A DNA stretch of 64,000 nucleotides, taken from contig CAVVXN010000002.1 of NCBI GenBank assembly GCA_963752285.1, positions 128,001-192,000 of the forward strand, read 5' to 3'. This document shows positions 1 to 9,542 of the stretch, one piece after another (the first letter of the stretch is position 1; each line of letters starts with the position of its first letter). Under the pieces are notes generated by a model, which saw only the letters and a list, made by a program, of their open reading frames with translations, was not told the origin of the DNA and did not search any database. Both the position numbers and the translations under genes were made by a program. Source of the stretch: an uncultured Planctomycetota bacterium (GTDB lineage: Bacteria > Planctomycetota > PLA2 > JAEUHO01).

Positions 1-361
1 CGCTGAACGTCTCCTGGGAGGACGATCCTCGGAGCTCGTTGCCCAGGCCCTGGACCGCGAACCGCCCCTCGAACGACCAGGTCGCGAGCCGGCTCCGCCG
101 GAACACCTGGCCGAACTCGAGCCCGCCGCCCACGGCGGGGTTCAGGGAAGCGAGCGCGCCCGCGTAGACCTCGCCCCGCGGGTACGAACGGGTCAACCCG
201 GCGGTCGGGGCCGCCCCGGGGACCGTGCGCGCCTCCGGGTTCGAACGGACGGAGGGCGGCGGCTCCCCGGTGGCGTACCCCGGTACGGCCGCGCCGGGGG
301 CGCTCGCGCACGCGGCGCACGCCAGGGCGACCGTCGCCGCGAACCACCTCGCGTGTCTCAT
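1..361 (-). CDS. Putative lipoprotein / outer-membrane beta-strand protein (runs off window start); paralog of the upstream gene
   Basis: Hand translation from ATG 361: MRHARWFAATVALACAAC-ASAP... (lipobox-like Cys), then GGGLEFGQVFRRSRLATWSFEGRF, which resembles GGVALEAGAVFRRTPAALWSGEVRG of the neighbouring gene. Not in the ORF track because no stop lies inside the window. Confidence 0.6.
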   Translation of the reverse strand, partial: MRHARWFAATVALACAACASAPGAAVPGYATGEPPPSVRSNPEARTVPGAAPTAGLTRSYPRGEVYAGALASLNPAVGGGLEFGQVFRRSRLATWSFEGRFAVQGLGNELRGSSSQETFS

Positions 362-366
362 GCGCC

Positions 367-1040
367 CTAGAAGTTCCATATGAAGTGCCACGTGAGCTGG
401 GGGACGACGTACAGGCGGTGGCCGCCCCAGACGAGCATGCCGCTGAGCTCCGGGCCCATCGTGAAGTGCTCGGAGAGGTCCGACTCGAAGCCTCCGCCGA
501 GATAGACGCCCCCGTAGGACCGAGCTCCTGGACGAAGTTGGCCTGCCCCGCCACGTGGAACCACACGAGCCCCGCCCGCCCGGTCCAGTGGCGCCTCGCC
601 TCCGGGGTGGACGCGACCTTCACGCCCGCCTCTACCTGGAACCATCGGGCCGTGAACGGGTCGCCCTTCGTGAGGAAGTCGCGGTAGTCGAGGAACTGCC
701 ACGTGCCCCGCACCTCGCCCGACCAGAGGGCCGCGGGGGTGCGGCGGAACACCGCGCCGGCCTCGAGCGCGACGCCGCCGTGGGGCATGAGGCTGCCGTC
801 CACGCCCCAGTAGGCGTTTCGATAGGGGCGGAGGGGGTCCGGACGCGCAAGGGGATCGGTGAGCTCGGGAGTCCCCCGCGTCAGCGGCTGGGGTGCGTAC
901 ACCCGTCCGGCGTCCTGGAGCCCCCCTGCCTCTGCCCGAGACGGGGGTCCGGCGACCGATGACGCCAGGGGCGCGCCCCGGCACGCGCAGAGCACGAGCG
1001 GGGTCCAGGCCAGCGTGAAGAGCCCGGTGGCGAGCCTCAT
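367..1040 (-). CDS. Putative outer-membrane beta-barrel protein with lipobox-like signal; frameshift near 520
   Basis: ATG 1040 gives MRLATGLFTLAWTPLVLCAC..., followed by amphipathic strands. The frame shifts at ~520 into SYGGVYLGGGFE...LTWHFIWNF* (C-terminal Phe typical of beta-barrels). Length is one base short of a multiple of 3. Confidence 0.6.
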
Positions 1041-1200
1041 CCGCGTTGCCGCTCCATCCGATCCTCGAGCGCGTCAGGCTAGATGTGCCCTCCGACACGG
1101 TGGGAGCGCCACGGGCGGACCTCGCGCGGGCGAACCGACGGCCCCCGTCCGAGCATGCTGTCAGGATGTGCAGGACGACGGTCTCGGGGAGGCGCCCAAC

Positions 1201-2808
1201 ATGTCCTTCGACTCCGGCCCGCGACACGAGCGGGCCGACGACGCGGAGGAGCCCTGCGCCGGGCCCGCGGCGTCGCCGCAGGATCGGGAGGCCGACCGGA
1301 CGACGTCCGCCTCGAGAGACGGCCTCGCGCTCGACGCGCGTACACCGCCGACCGACCTGCGCGGCCGGAGCGTTCGAGGCGGCGTCGCGATCGCCGTCGC
1401 GGAGGGTGCGGCCACCGTCGTGAACCTCGCGGCGACGGCCGTCCTCGCCCGGCTCCTGCTTCCCGCCGACTTCGGCGTGGTGGCGCGCGTCGCTCCCATC
1501 GTGGCCTTCATCTCGCTGTTCGGAGACCTGGGCCTCAGCGCGGCCACGATTCAACGCGAGCGATTGACCGCCGCCCAGCTGAGCACGCTGTTCTGGATCA
1601 ACGCCGCGGTCGGGGCCCTGCTCTTCGTGGCCTCCGCCGGGGTGGCGCCTCTCATCGCCGGGTTCTACCGGGACCCGCGCGCAGGCTGGATCACCATCGC
1701 GCTGGCGACCGGCTTCCTTCCCGGTGGTCTGTCCGCACAACACGGCGCGCTCTTGAGCCGTCAGCTCCGCTTCTCCGCGCTGGCCCGCATCAGCCTCGTC
1801 TCCACGCTCGTCGGGGCTCTGTGCGGCTGCGCGGCCGCCTACGCGGGGCTGGGGTACTGGGCGCTGGCCGTCATGTCGGTGGCTTCCGGCTTCGCCCGCG
1901 CCGGTCAGCGCTGGTTCGCGGTGCGCTGGATCCCGGGTCGTCCCCGGCGCGGGACGGGCGTCCGCGGCATGCTGGCGTTCGGAGGGAACCTGACCGGATT
2001 CGAGCTCCTGAACTTCTTCTCGCGCAACGCCGACAACGTCCTGATCGGTAAGTTCGTCGGAGAGGGCCCCCTCGGTCTGTACTCGATGGCGTATCGCCTG
2101 CTGACGTTTCCCCTCTCGCGCGCGGTCTGGCCGCTCGGCCAGGTCGTCGTCCCCGCCCTCAGTCGCCTGCGCGGGGACCGCGAACGGTACGTTCGCTACT
2201 ACCTCGAGGCGATCGACCTCGTGCTGGTCGTGGTCGCGCCCGTCGTGGTGGGCGTCTTCGTCCTCGCCGACCCCCTCGTGCGACTCGTCCTCGGCGACCG
2301 CTGGCTTCCCAGCGTGCCCGTCTTCCGTCTCCTCGCGGCGAGCGGGGTCGTCGCCCCGATGTTCACCTCGGTGGGATGGCTCTACCTGAGCTCGGGCGCG
2401 ACGCGCACCATGATGCGGTGGGGGATGGTCGCCACGCCCCTGGTCGTCGGCTCCTTCGCGGTCGGGCTCCCGTTCGGGATCGCGGGGGTGGCGGGCGCGC
2501 GCTCGGCCATGATCCTGATCCTGTTCCTCCCCGGGATGGCCGTCGCGTGTCGTGCGGCCGACGTCCCGTTGACGGCGGTCCTGGCGAAGCTGGTCCCGCC
2601 CGTCGCCTCCGCTGGTCTCGCCGGAGCCGTCGCTTGGGGTCTACTGGAGCTCTGCCGGCTTGACGCGTCCGTCGGTCGGCTGGCCCTGGGCGCCGGCGCG
2701 GGCGCTTTCGTCTACGGAGTCGTCCTGACCTACGCCTTCCGCCATCCCGCGTTTCGCCGATTCGCGACCTGGGCCGGGGGCCGTCTCCGGAGGGCCCATC
2801 GGCCTTGA
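1201..2808 (+). CDS. wzx: Polysaccharide flippase (Wzx/MOP superfamily, WzxC-like)
   Basis: LARLLLPADFG, DLGLSAATIQR, NADNVLIGK, LGLYSMAY motifs; many TM helices. Confidence 0.85.
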   Translation: MSFDSGPRHERADDAEEPCAGPAASPQDREADRTTSASRDGLALDARTPPTDLRGRSVRGGVAIAVAEGAATVVNLAATAVLARLLLPADFGVVARVAPIVAFISLFGDLGLSAATIQRERLTAAQLSTLFWINAAVGALLFVASAGVAPLIAGFYRDPRAGWITIALATGFLPGGLSAQHGALLSRQLRFSALARISLVSTLVGALCGCAAAYAGLGYWALAVMSVASGFARAGQRWFAVRWIPGRPRRGTGVRGMLAFGGNLTGFELLNFFSRNADNVLIGKFVGEGPLGLYSMAYRLLTFPLSRAVWPLGQVVVPALSRLRGDRERYVRYYLEAIDLVLVVVAPVVVGVFVLADPLVRLVLGDRWLPSVPVFRLLAASGVVAPMFTSVGWLYLSSGATRTMMRWGMVATPLVVGSFAVGLPFGIAGVAGARSAMILILFLPGMAVACRAADVPLTAVLAKLVPPVASAGLAGAVAWGLLELCRLDASVGRLALGAGAGAFVYGVVLTYAFRHPAFRRFATWAGGRLRRAHRP

Positions 2809-3747
2809 GGGGGGCCCTCCGCTGCGTCCAGGCGCGCTCGCCCCGAGGATCCGGTAGATCCCGTAGCGCGTGAACACGGCATGGATCTGCGCGTCGTTCG
2901 CGCCGTCCGGCCCGTAGTTGACCGAAGCGAGGGCGCGGACCTGGGACCCGAGGATGACGGGGTAGTCGGTGGAGCGTGGCGCGACCTTCTGGACCTGCCA
3001 CCCGTTGAGCGCGGTCATCGCCTTCAGCCACACGTCGTCGGCCGTTGGGCAGAGGGACCGGAACACGTCTGCGCACAGGGTCTCGGGGGGGAGCGAGCCT
3101 GGAGGGTAGAGCGTGCCGGCGCCGCCCGTCGCGAAGAGCGACAGGGAAGGCCCGGCGAAACCCGGAGACATGTACTCCCAGCGGGCGTACGGCTCGAGCT
3201 CGTGACCGGGACCGTAGGTCATCCGGTGTGCGCGATGCGAGTGGACGTGGCGCGGCGCCCGCCGATAGGACTCGTAGAGCTCGCGAAGCCATGCCCGGGG
3301 GTAGATCATGTCGTCGTCACACGTGACGATGATCGCTTCCGGGTGTTCGGCCAGCGTGGGCACGATCTTCTTGTAGGGCCCGATGTCCGTGCAGCGTCCG
3401 ATGGACACGCCCCGCGCCGCTTGACGCCGGAGGGCGCGCGGGAGCTCGTCGTCCAGGACGTCGTCCGCGAGCCAGAGCAGGATCCGGTCGGGCCGGAGCG
3501 ACTGACGCAGCAAGGACTCCACGCAGAGCGGGAGCGTCCGCAGCCGGGGGCCGTAGCTCGTGAGAGACACGATCAGCGGCGGCGACCGCCCGCCAGCAGA
3601 AGGCCCGGGCCCGCCGTCCCTTTCGGAGAGCCTCCGATATCGGCCCTCGACGGCGCGCTGCGCCGCGAGGGCGGCCCACGACCGCAGGGCACAGAGGGCC
3701 GGGCCCACGAAGGGAAGCCGCAGGGCTCGGCTCGCCAGGGCTCTCAC
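2641..3747 (-). CDS. Glycosyltransferase (GT-A fold, GT2-like)
   Basis: IVSLTSYGPRL...SLLRQS.RPDRILLWL, DIGPYKKI, IIVTCDDDMIYP (DxD), DDVW. The 3' tail overlaps wzx, so the end is uncertain. Confidence 0.8.
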   Translation of the reverse strand: MRALASRALRLPFVGPALCALRSWAALAAQRAVEGRYRRLSERDGGPGPSAGGRSPPLIVSLTSYGPRLRTLPLCVESLLRQSLRPDRILLWLADDVLDDELPRALRRQAARGVSIGRCTDIGPYKKIVPTLAEHPEAIIVTCDDDMIYPRAWLRELYESYRRAPRHVHSHRAHRMTYGPGHELEPYARWEYMSPGFAGPSLSLFATGGAGTLYPPGSLPPETLCADVFRSLCPTADDVWLKAMTALNGWQVQKVAPRSTDYPVILGSQVRALASVNYGPDGANDAQIHAVFTRYGIYRILGASAPGRSGGPPSRPMGPPETAPGPGRESAKRGMAEGVGQDDSVDESARAGAQGQPTDGRVKPAELQ

Positions 3748-3787
3748 CGGGCGCGGCCGAGCGTGCCGATCACGCGCTTCGACCCGT

Positions 3788-4474
3788 TCAGTTGGGCAGC
3801 GCGAGGACCATCCCCTCCGACACGTCCGGGGTGGGGAGCTTCTCGCGGTTCGCGATCCAGATGTCCGGCCAGCGGGTGACGTCCTTGTAGACCTGCTTCG
3901 CGATCTTCATCAGGTCGTCGCCGTGCCTCACCGTGTAGGTGGCGCCGGGCTTCGGCGCGTCCGCGGACGGGGTCTTCGCGACCTCGGTCGGCGCGACCTT
4001 GGTCTGGTCGTTCTCGATCCCCAGGTCGTGAAGGCTCGGGATCTTGATCTTCTGCCCCGTGTGGATCGACTCGCTCTCGAGCCCGTTGAACGTCATGAGC
4101 TGACGCCAGAACTTGGACGACGGGTAGTACTTCTGCGAGATCTCGCTGAGCGTCTCGCCGGCCGCGACCACGTGGACCTTCGCCGCCGCGGGGGCGGGGG
4201 CCGGCGTCTCGGTCTTCTCGATCGGGGCGGGCTTCGGGGGATCCACCGGCGGAAGGGGGTCCACCTTCGGGAGCGGGTCGGGCGCCTGCGGCTCGTCGCG
4301 GGGAGGCAGCGGGTCCTGGCCCACGTCGGCCCCGGGCGCGTTCGGCAGCTCCGCCACCGTGCCCGGAGCGCAGCCCGGCTGCGGCTCCTCGGTCCACGTG
4401 ACGACTGCGACCACGAGGATCATCACGAGGATGACCCCGATCACCACCACCGACAGCCGTTCGAAGGTGCCCAT
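3788..4474 (-). CDS. Membrane-anchored protein with two LysM domains
   Basis: N-terminal TM, Pro-rich linker, HVVAAGETLSEISQKYY and YTVRHGDDLMKIAKQVY LysM repeats; GGAGG RBS before ATG 4474. Confidence 0.9.
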   Translation of the reverse strand: MGTFERLSVVVIGVILVMILVVAVVTWTEEPQPGCAPGTVAELPNAPGADVGQDPLPPRDEPQAPDPLPKVDPLPPVDPPKPAPIEKTETPAPAPAAAKVHVVAAGETLSEISQKYYPSSKFWRQLMTFNGLESESIHTGQKIKIPSLHDLGIENDQTKVAPTEVAKTPSADAPKPGATYTVRHGDDLMKIAKQVYKDVTRWPDIWIANREKLPTPDVSEGMVLALPN

Positions 4475-4552
4475 CGATCGTCCTCCCGGGGCCCTCGTCC
4501 GGCACGCCCGGGGCCCGGGAAGCCGGGCTCGTCGAGGCCCTCCAGACCTCCC

Positions 4553-4580
4553 AAAGTAGGGCAGGACGCGAAGAGTGCAA
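4553..4580 (-). promoter_or_regulatory. Putative sigma70 promoter for the LysM gene
   Basis: TTGCAC-N16-TACTTT on the minus strand. Confidence 0.45.
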
Positions 4581-4651
4581 CCTCGAAGTCCCCAAGGGCT
4601 TGAAGGAGATCCCCGGTTCGGCCCCCACATGCTGGGGGCGCCCCCCTCGGG

Positions 4652-5176
4652 CTACGTCGCGGGGGCGTCGGGCTCGAGGCGCACCAACGCCGCCCCCTTC
4701 TCGACGGCCTGCCCGGGCCCGACGTGGAGGCGCCGGACGGTCCCGGCCCTCGGCGCCCGGATCTCGTTCTCCATCTTCATCGCCTCGAGGATCAGGAGCG
4801 GCTCGCCGGCCTCGACCCGCGCCCCCTCGGCCACCCGGACCTCCTTCACGACGCCGGGCATGACGCTTCGGACCTCGGCGGGGCCCTGGCCGCCGCGCTT
4901 CGTGCCGGTCGCGAGGCGCGCGAGGCGGGTCCGCTCGTCCTCGATCCGGAGCGCCACGTCGTGGTCGTGGAACGAGAGGACCGCCTCGCCGTCCTCGAAC
5001 CGGAGCGCGTACGCGTGGCTGTTCCCGTCCACGATCAAGCTGTAGAGGCCCGTCCCCTCGACCGAGGCCACGTCGGCCGGGTGGGGGACCCCGTCCACGA
5101 GCACCTCGAGGCCGGCCTTCGTCTGCCGGACCTCGACCGCCCGCTCCCGCCCGGCGACCGTCACGTAGTACCTCAA
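4652..5176 (-). CDS. Biotin carboxyl carrier protein of acyl-CoA carboxylase
   Basis: EAMKMENEI biotinylation motif; TTG start overlaps the upstream TGA (TTGA at 5173-5176). Confidence 0.85.
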   Translation of the reverse strand: MRYYVTVAGRERAVEVRQTKAGLEVLVDGVPHPADVASVEGTGLYSLIVDGNSHAYALRFEDGEAVLSFHDHDVALRIEDERTRLARLATGTKRGGQGPAEVRSVMPGVVKEVRVAEGARVEAGEPLLILEAMKMENEIRAPRAGTVRRLHVGPGQAVEKGAALVRLEPDAPAT

Positions 5177-6691
5177 CGGCCCGGCCCCCCGGTCCACCCG
5201 CGGTCGGCCAGGACCCACGGGGAGAGGCCCGTCGTGGGCCGCGGCGCGGGGATCGCGGTCTTCGGCACGCGCTGGTGGAGGGCCAGCGCCGCGGCCACGG
5301 CGGGCACCACGTCGTCGCCGTCGAGGGGCGGCTTGGGGAGCGACTCGCCGATCGAGGTGTCGTAGGTGCCCGACGTGAAGCGCGGGTCGTCGAGCACGCG
5401 CAGCACGAAGGGGATGTTCGTCGTGAGGCCGGAGAGGCGCGTCTCGTGAAGGGCGCGGCGGAGCCGCTGGATCGCGGCTGCGCGGTCGTCGGCGTGCGCG
5501 ACGATCTTGGCGAGCAGGTTGTCGTAGTGGAGCGTCACGCGCTGGCCCGCGTACACGTGCGCGTCCACGCGCACGCCCGGGACCGCCGGGAAGCTGGACC
5601 GCGCCCAGCGTGCCGGTGCTCGGGAGGAAGCCCGCGTCGGCGTCCTCCGCGCAGATCCGTGCCTCGATGGCGTGGCCGCGGGAGCGCAGGTCCTCCTTTC
5701 GGAACGTGATCGCGTGTCCCTCGGCGATGCGGATCTGCTCCTTCACGAGGTCCACGCCGTAGCGAAGCTCCGTGATCGGGTGCTCGACCTGGATCCGGGT
5801 GTTCATCTCGAGGAAGTGGAACTGGCGGTCCGCGCCGACGAGGAACTCGACCGTGCCGGCGCTCACGTACCCGCAGGCCTTCGCGGCGTCCACGGCCGCG
5901 GTCTCCATCGCGTGGCGCATCTCCTCGGTCACGACCGGCGAGGGCGACTCCTCGACGACCTTCTGGTGGCGGCGCTGGACCGAGCACTCGCGCTCGCCGA
6001 CGGCCAACGTCGTGCCGTGCCGGTCGGCGAGGACCTGGATCTCGACGTGCCGCGGCTCCTCGACGAAGCGTTCGAGGTAGACCAGGCCGTCCCCGAAGGC
6101 GGTCTCGGCCTCCGACGACGCGCGCCGCACGGCTTCGACCACCTCCGAGACCTCCCGCACGAGCCGCATGCCCTTCCCGCCGCCGCCGAAGGCCGCCTTG
6201 ACGAGGAGGGGGAAGCCGACCGAGCGCGCCGCGGCCTCGATCCGCTCCGGCTCGCTCGCGTCCTCGAGGGTCGTCCCGGGGACCACCGGGACGCCGTGGC
6301 TCGTGACGGTCTTCCGCGCCGAGACCTTGTCGCCCATCTGTTCCATGGCCGAGGCGGGGGGACCGACGAAGACGAGCCCCGCCTCCTCGACCGCGCGCGC
6401 GAACCGGGCGTTCTCCGAGAGGAACCCGTAGCCCGGGTGGACCGCGTCCGCGCCGCTCTTCCTCGCGGCCGCGAGGATCGCCTCCACGTTCAGGTACGAG
6501 GCCCGGGGCTCGGGCGGGCCCAGTCGGTACGCCTCGTACGCCCCGCGCACGTGGAGGCTCGTCCGGTCGGCGTCCGAGTAGACGGCCACGGTCCGGATGC
6601 CGAGGTCGTGGGCCGCGCGGATGACCCGGATCGCGATCTCGCCGCGGTTCGCGACCAGGAGCTTTCGAATCGGGCGGGGCGCGGCGTTCAC
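5173..6691 (-). CDS. Biotin carboxylase subunit of propionyl/acetyl-CoA carboxylase; frameshift near 5580
   Basis: KLLVANRGEIA, HPGYGFLSEN, GGGGKGMR, RECSVQRRHQK, FLEMNTRIQVEHP. After PGGPG the sequence continues in another frame as VRVDAHVY...YDNLLAKIVA...TTNIPF (one extra G). Confidence 0.9.
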
Positions 6692-6762
6692 GGGCGTCGG
6701 GGCACGACTCTACCCGGTCCCCCCGGCGCGCCGCGGTCCTCCCGGGACGGGTCGGCCGGGGG

Positions 6763-8364
6763 CTAGCGCCAGGGCGTCGGGCGCGGCTTCGCGTCGGAGA
6801 CGTGCTCGTGGGGCGGGTCCGGCTCGGTGCGGGACCCGTGCTCGTGCTCGTTCTCGTGCCCGGACGCGGCCTGCTTCTCGAGGAGGTCCTTCGCGGGACG
6901 CTCGGGCGTGCGGAGCGAGCGAAGGAACGAGAGCAGGTCCACTCGCTCCGTGTCGGAGAGATCCTGGAACGCGTCGCGCGCCCCCTCGGCCTCGCCGCCG
7001 TGGAGGAGGATCGCGTCCGTGAGCGTCATGGCGCGCCCGTCGTGGAGGTAGGGCGCGGTGTCGGCGACGCCCCACAGGCGGGCGGTGGTGAACTCGCGGT
7101 TCTGCTTCGCGTTGGCCCGCGCGAAGCCCTCGGCGAGTCCCGGCCCCATGTCGTGGCGCTTCAGGTCGGCGAAAAGGGGGACGTCCACGCCGCCGTCGTG
7201 GTTCTTCTGGAAGCCGGGCGGCGAGCGGGTCAGGTCGATGGAGAGGTACGCGTGGTCGAAGGGACGGACGCGGTCCTCGGGGAACCGGAGGGGCAGACGC
7301 TCGTGACGCGTCGCGAGCGTGGGGCGGTGGCAGTCCGCGCACCCGACGTCCAGGAAGAGCCGTTCTCCGCGCCGCGCCGACGCGCCCAGCCGCTCCATGA
7401 ACGGCCGCTCCAAGGTCGAGACGAACGAGCCCAGCGCGGAGAGCTCGCCCACCGACACCTCGTTCACGACGCCGTCCTGGTCGGCGTCCACGTCGGGGCC
7501 GACGTTCTCCACCGCCTGCATGCCCAGATGGAACTGGAGGGCGCCGACGTCGAACTCGCGCGACGTCGCGAACTCGCCCTTCCGCCCGAAGGGCTTGACC
7601 ACGAGGTCGTCGTCCACGCCCTCGACGCCCGACGTGTCGAGGCTCCCGTCCTCGTGCGCGACGAGCGTCCCGAAGGAGACGCCCTTCGTCACGAGGGCCA
7701 CGGGCGTCCCCGGCGCGTCGAGGGCCGCCTGCCGGAGGGCCTGCAGGTCGGCCGTCATCTCGAGCCCCAGGAGCTCGACCCCGCCCAGCCCGAACACGAA
7801 GGGCGGGTTCGCGAAGCGTCCGTCGAAGCCCGCGTGACCGACGTCGTTGTGGTCCGCGACATCGATCGCGGTCGGCTGGACGATCGCGTTGTTGTTGGCG
7901 GTCCCGACGCCGCCGATCCCGAGTCGAGCGGGCACGCTCGCGGCGCTGACGATGCTGTGGCAGTCGAGGCACGACTGCGCGTCGAGCCCGTTCACGCGGA
8001 GGAACGTGCCGTTGCCCTGGAGCGTGGGCCGACCGCCGGGCGAGGTCGTGTCGGTGCGGTTCTCGGGACCGTCGCCGTAGCCGTCGAGCCGGTTGAACGG
8101 CGTCGAGAACACGCGCATGCCGGCCATGCGGAGCGCCGCGAGGTCGAGCTCACCGCTCGTGATCTGGTCCTGCGAGATCCGGGGATGGAGCGCCGGCGCC
8201 TCCCCGGGCGCGGCGAGGGCGAGCGCGGCGAGCGCGAGGGGCACGGCGAGACCCAAGAGCATCGGACCGAGCGACGTGCGGACGACGGGGGACGCCATGC
8301 GGTTGCTCCGACGCGCGGCGGAGGCGGACGCGCGGCCTCTGCGGGACCGGGCGGTCCCGTCCAC
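6763..8364 (-). CDS. Di-heme oxidoreductase (DHOR)-family exported c-type cytochrome
   Basis: Signal peptide, CLDCH and CADCH, DLKRHDMG, TARLWGV..TAPYLHDGRA.TL.DAILLHGGEA. GAGGAGG RBS precedes GTG 8364 (alternative start ATG 8298). Confidence 0.85.
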   Translation of the reverse strand: MDGTARSRRGRASASAARRSNRMASPVVRTSLGPMLLGLAVPLALAALALAAPGEAPALHPRISQDQITSGELDLAALRMAGMRVFSTPFNRLDGYGDGPENRTDTTSPGGRPTLQGNGTFLRVNGLDAQSCLDCHSIVSAASVPARLGIGGVGTANNNAIVQPTAIDVADHNDVGHAGFDGRFANPPFVFGLGGVELLGLEMTADLQALRQAALDAPGTPVALVTKGVSFGTLVAHEDGSLDTSGVEGVDDDLVVKPFGRKGEFATSREFDVGALQFHLGMQAVENVGPDVDADQDGVVNEVSVGELSALGSFVSTLERPFMERLGASARRGERLFLDVGCADCHRPTLATRHERLPLRFPEDRVRPFDHAYLSIDLTRSPPGFQKNHDGGVDVPLFADLKRHDMGPGLAEGFARANAKQNREFTTARLWGVADTAPYLHDGRAMTLTDAILLHGGEAEGARDAFQDLSDTERVDLLSFLRSLRTPERPAKDLLEKQAASGHENEHEHGSRTEPDPPHEHVSDAKPRPTPWR

Positions 8365-8564
8365 GATCTCCTCCTCGGGGCGCCCGAGAGTGTACCGTTC
8401 CCTCCCTCTCGGAAGGGAGCCCCCGGCGAGGCCGCCATCGCGCCGCACGCCCGGTCCAGGCGGGCGCCCTCGGCTCGCGAGGCCGAGTCGCCGAGCCCCG
8501 GACGACGGTCGTTGACCGGCGTGGACGCGGGCCGCCTCGGTACGTGGACATGTCCGCGCGGCGG

Positions 8565-8744
8565 GCCCGGCGCGGTCAGAGCGGGATGTTCCCGTGCTTC
8601 TTCGGGGGGTTTCGGTCGCGCTTCGTCTCGAGGATCGAGAGGGCCGAGATCAGGCGCGGGCGCGTGCGGCGCGGCTCGATCACGTCGTCGAGGTAGCCGC
8701 GCTCGGCCGCGGAGTAGGGGTTCGCGAAGCGCTCGCGGTAGGCC
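8565..8744 (-). repeat. Direct repeat copy A: orphan duplicate of the pccB 3' end and stop
   Basis: Matches 16447-16626 (offset 7882) with 2 mismatches (8638/16520, 8672/16554); encodes [10 protein letters not shown]...KKHGNIPL*. Confidence 0.97.
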
Positions 8745-9492
8745 ACCCTTCCTGGCGCCCGTCGTACGCGGTGAGGGGCCAACGGCGGCGGAGGGCGAGA
8801 GCTCCAAGGCCTAAGCCGAGCAGGGCCAAGGTGCCAGGCTCAGGCACGGGCTGGGCGCTGGTGACGGTGATGCTGGCCGCGTTCTCCGCCGTGAGAAATC
8901 CGACGCCAGAGATCGAAGCCCGGATCCCGTAGGTCCCCGGCGAGGCGAGCGAGGTGAAGAACGACGGGGCGATCGAGACTTCCTGCGTCAGCCCGTGAAA
9001 TGCGTACAGGGCATAGTAGCCGTCGTCGAACCCTCCCCCGTAGAGGTCAAAGCGGATGAGGCCGTAGCCGGCCGGGATACTCGAGACGCTGACCTCGAGC
9101 ACGAGTGTCCCACCAGTCGTGATCGAGTAGGAGTCTCCGATGCTGAACGAGATCGAGGAGGGATTGTCGCCAGCGAACGGATTGGGGTCGGAGGCGTCAC
9201 CCCAACCATCGCCGTCCGAGTCAATCTGGTCGGGATCCGAAACCGTGGGGGCATCGTCGTTGACGTCGGTGACGCCGTCGCCATCGACATCCTGCCTGCT
9301 GACGGTGGACCACGTGGTGATCGAATCCGCCCGCGCGACGGTCGGGAGCAAGGCGGATGAGAAGAGGAGGACCAACAGAAGGCCCACGGCCCGGCGCGCG
9401 CGCGACCACCCGAGACCCCACCGATCCGAGGGCACACGGACCCGGCAAGCCTTGGCCCGGGACCGGGGAAGTGACACAGGGTGGAACGACAT
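8680..9492 (-). CDS. PEP-CTERM protein with thrombospondin type-3-like Ca-binding repeats
   Basis: Signal ending VARA-DSIT; DVDGDGVTDVNDDAP...DQIDSDGDGWGDASD; PVPEPGTLALLGLGLGALALRRR. The 3' end reads into the pccB repeat. Confidence 0.85.
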   Translation of the reverse strand: MSFHPVSLPRSRAKACRVRVPSDRWGLGWSRARRAVGLLLVLLFSSALLPTVARADSITTWSTVSRQDVDGDGVTDVNDDAPTVSDPDQIDSDGDGWGDASDPNPFAGDNPSSISFSIGDSYSITTGGTLVLEVSVSSIPAGYGLIRFDLYGGGFDDGYYALYAFHGLTQEVSIAPSFFTSLASPGTYGIRASISGVGFLTAENAASITVTSAQPVPEPGTLALLGLGLGALALRRRWPLTAYDGRQEGWPTASASRTPTPRPSAATSTT

Positions 9493-9542
9493 CTGCGGCG
9501 CCCTCCGGCTTGGGGGGCATGACCCCCACCTCGCGACCTCGC

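Noticed and set aside
2641..2808. 168-bp convergent overlap of wzx and the glycosyltransferase as antisense regulation
   Set aside because: The GT tail is low-complexity and likely reflects stop-poor GC-rich sequence or an indel in the nearby G run.
4652..6691. 679-aa ORF suggesting a biotin carboxylase-BCCP fusion
   Set aside because: The middle is out-of-frame junk caused by the frameshift near 5580. The true carboxylase ends at 5173 and BCCP starts separately at TTG 5176.
8576..8782. 68-aa mini carboxyltransferase ORF
   Set aside because: It is only the duplicated pccB tail with a fortuitous start and no RBS; treated as a repeat.
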